Assembly (NCBI RefSeq): GCF_964355755.1
Contig: NC_092678.1
Location: 10,414,352 to 10,478,351, forward strand
Reading direction: 5' to 3'
From: Antedon mediterranea
Taxonomy: Eukaryota; Animalia; Echinodermata
DNA length: 64,000 nucleotides
Below are positions 63,331 to 64,000 of the stretch, piece after piece. A program made the position numbers and the translations under genes. How positions within the stretch are numbered: position 1 is the first letter of the stretch; the number at the start of each line of letters is the position of its first letter. The notes below the pieces were generated by a model that ran no database searches, was not told the origin of the DNA, and saw nothing but the letters and a program-made list of their open reading frames with translations.

Positions 63331-64000
63331 GAAAAAATTCTGAGCACTTTGGTGTTTTTATGTTAAAAAGTTTTTTCGAAAATCACAAAATGGTCTAAAA
63401 CGTCTCCAAATGCGATTTGAAGCTCTTCTGTACACTTTGATGTTTTGTGTGAAAAAGTTTTGTCAAAATGCTCAAAATGGTCTAAAACGTTTTTAAAACG
63501 ATATTAAGCTATTTTGTGCTCTTTGATGTTTTTGTATAACCAAGTTTTTTCGAAAATCACAAAATTGTCTAAAACGTCTCCAAATGCGATTTGAAGATAT
63601 TCTGAGCACTTTGGTGTTTTTATGTTAAAAAGTTTTTTCGAAAATCACAAAATGGTCTAAAACGTCTCCAAATGCGATTTGAAGCTATTCTGAGCACTTT
63701 GGTGTTTTTCTGTTAAAAAGTATTTTCGAAAATCACAAAATGGTCTAAAACGTCTCCAAATGCAATTTGAAGCTATTCTGTACACTTTGATGTTTTGTGT
63801 GAAAAAGTTTTGTCAAAATGCTCAAAATGGTCTAAAACGTTTTTAAAACGATATTAAGCTATTTTGTGCTCTTTGATGTTTTTGTATAACCAAGTTTTTT
63901 CGAAAATCACAAAATGGTCTAAAACGTCTCCAAATGCGATTTGAAGCTTTTCTAAACACTTTGGTGTTTTTATGTTAACAAGTTTTTTCGAAAATCACAA

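Larger units (their letters stand above)
35736..64000 (+). repeat. Tandem satellite array, right arm (same family and orientation)
   Basis: The array resumes in register at AAATGGTCTAAAACG (35736), uses the same monomer subfamilies, and continues to the window end. Confidence 0.99.

Noticed and set aside
1-64000. CRISPR-like repeat/spacer array (conserved core with variable intervening sequence)
   Set aside because: The intervening segments are homologous to each other and recur hundreds of times rather than being unique spacers. There are no cas genes or leader.

Overview
This is eukaryotic tandem-satellite DNA, probably centromeric or pericentromeric. About 61.8 kb of the 64 kb is one head-to-tail, single-orientation, AT-rich array of roughly 700 monomers. 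Monomers are mostly 87-88 bp, with a 77-78 bp short class and a fused 146-bp unit, and share the core CACAAAATGGTCTAAAACG. They fall into about 6-8 recognisable subfamilies arranged in a variable higher-order pattern and in nested duplications with offsets of 176 bp, 1174 bp, 1816 bp, 1961 bp, 9.4 kb, 18-19 kb and 46-48 kb. The array is interrupted once, at 33503-35735, by a 2233-bp non-coding element with 30-bp terminal inverted repeats (29/30 identical, G...C ends) and a 4-bp AAAT target-site duplication. This fits a non-autonomous DNA transposon, best matching Sola1. Inside it are a CTAG/TAGGCCTA palindrome cluster and a 172-bp tandem repeat. All ORFs in the supplied track are translations of the satellite; no protein-coding gene, RNA gene or CRISPR array is supported. 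All offsets and counts were read by eye.
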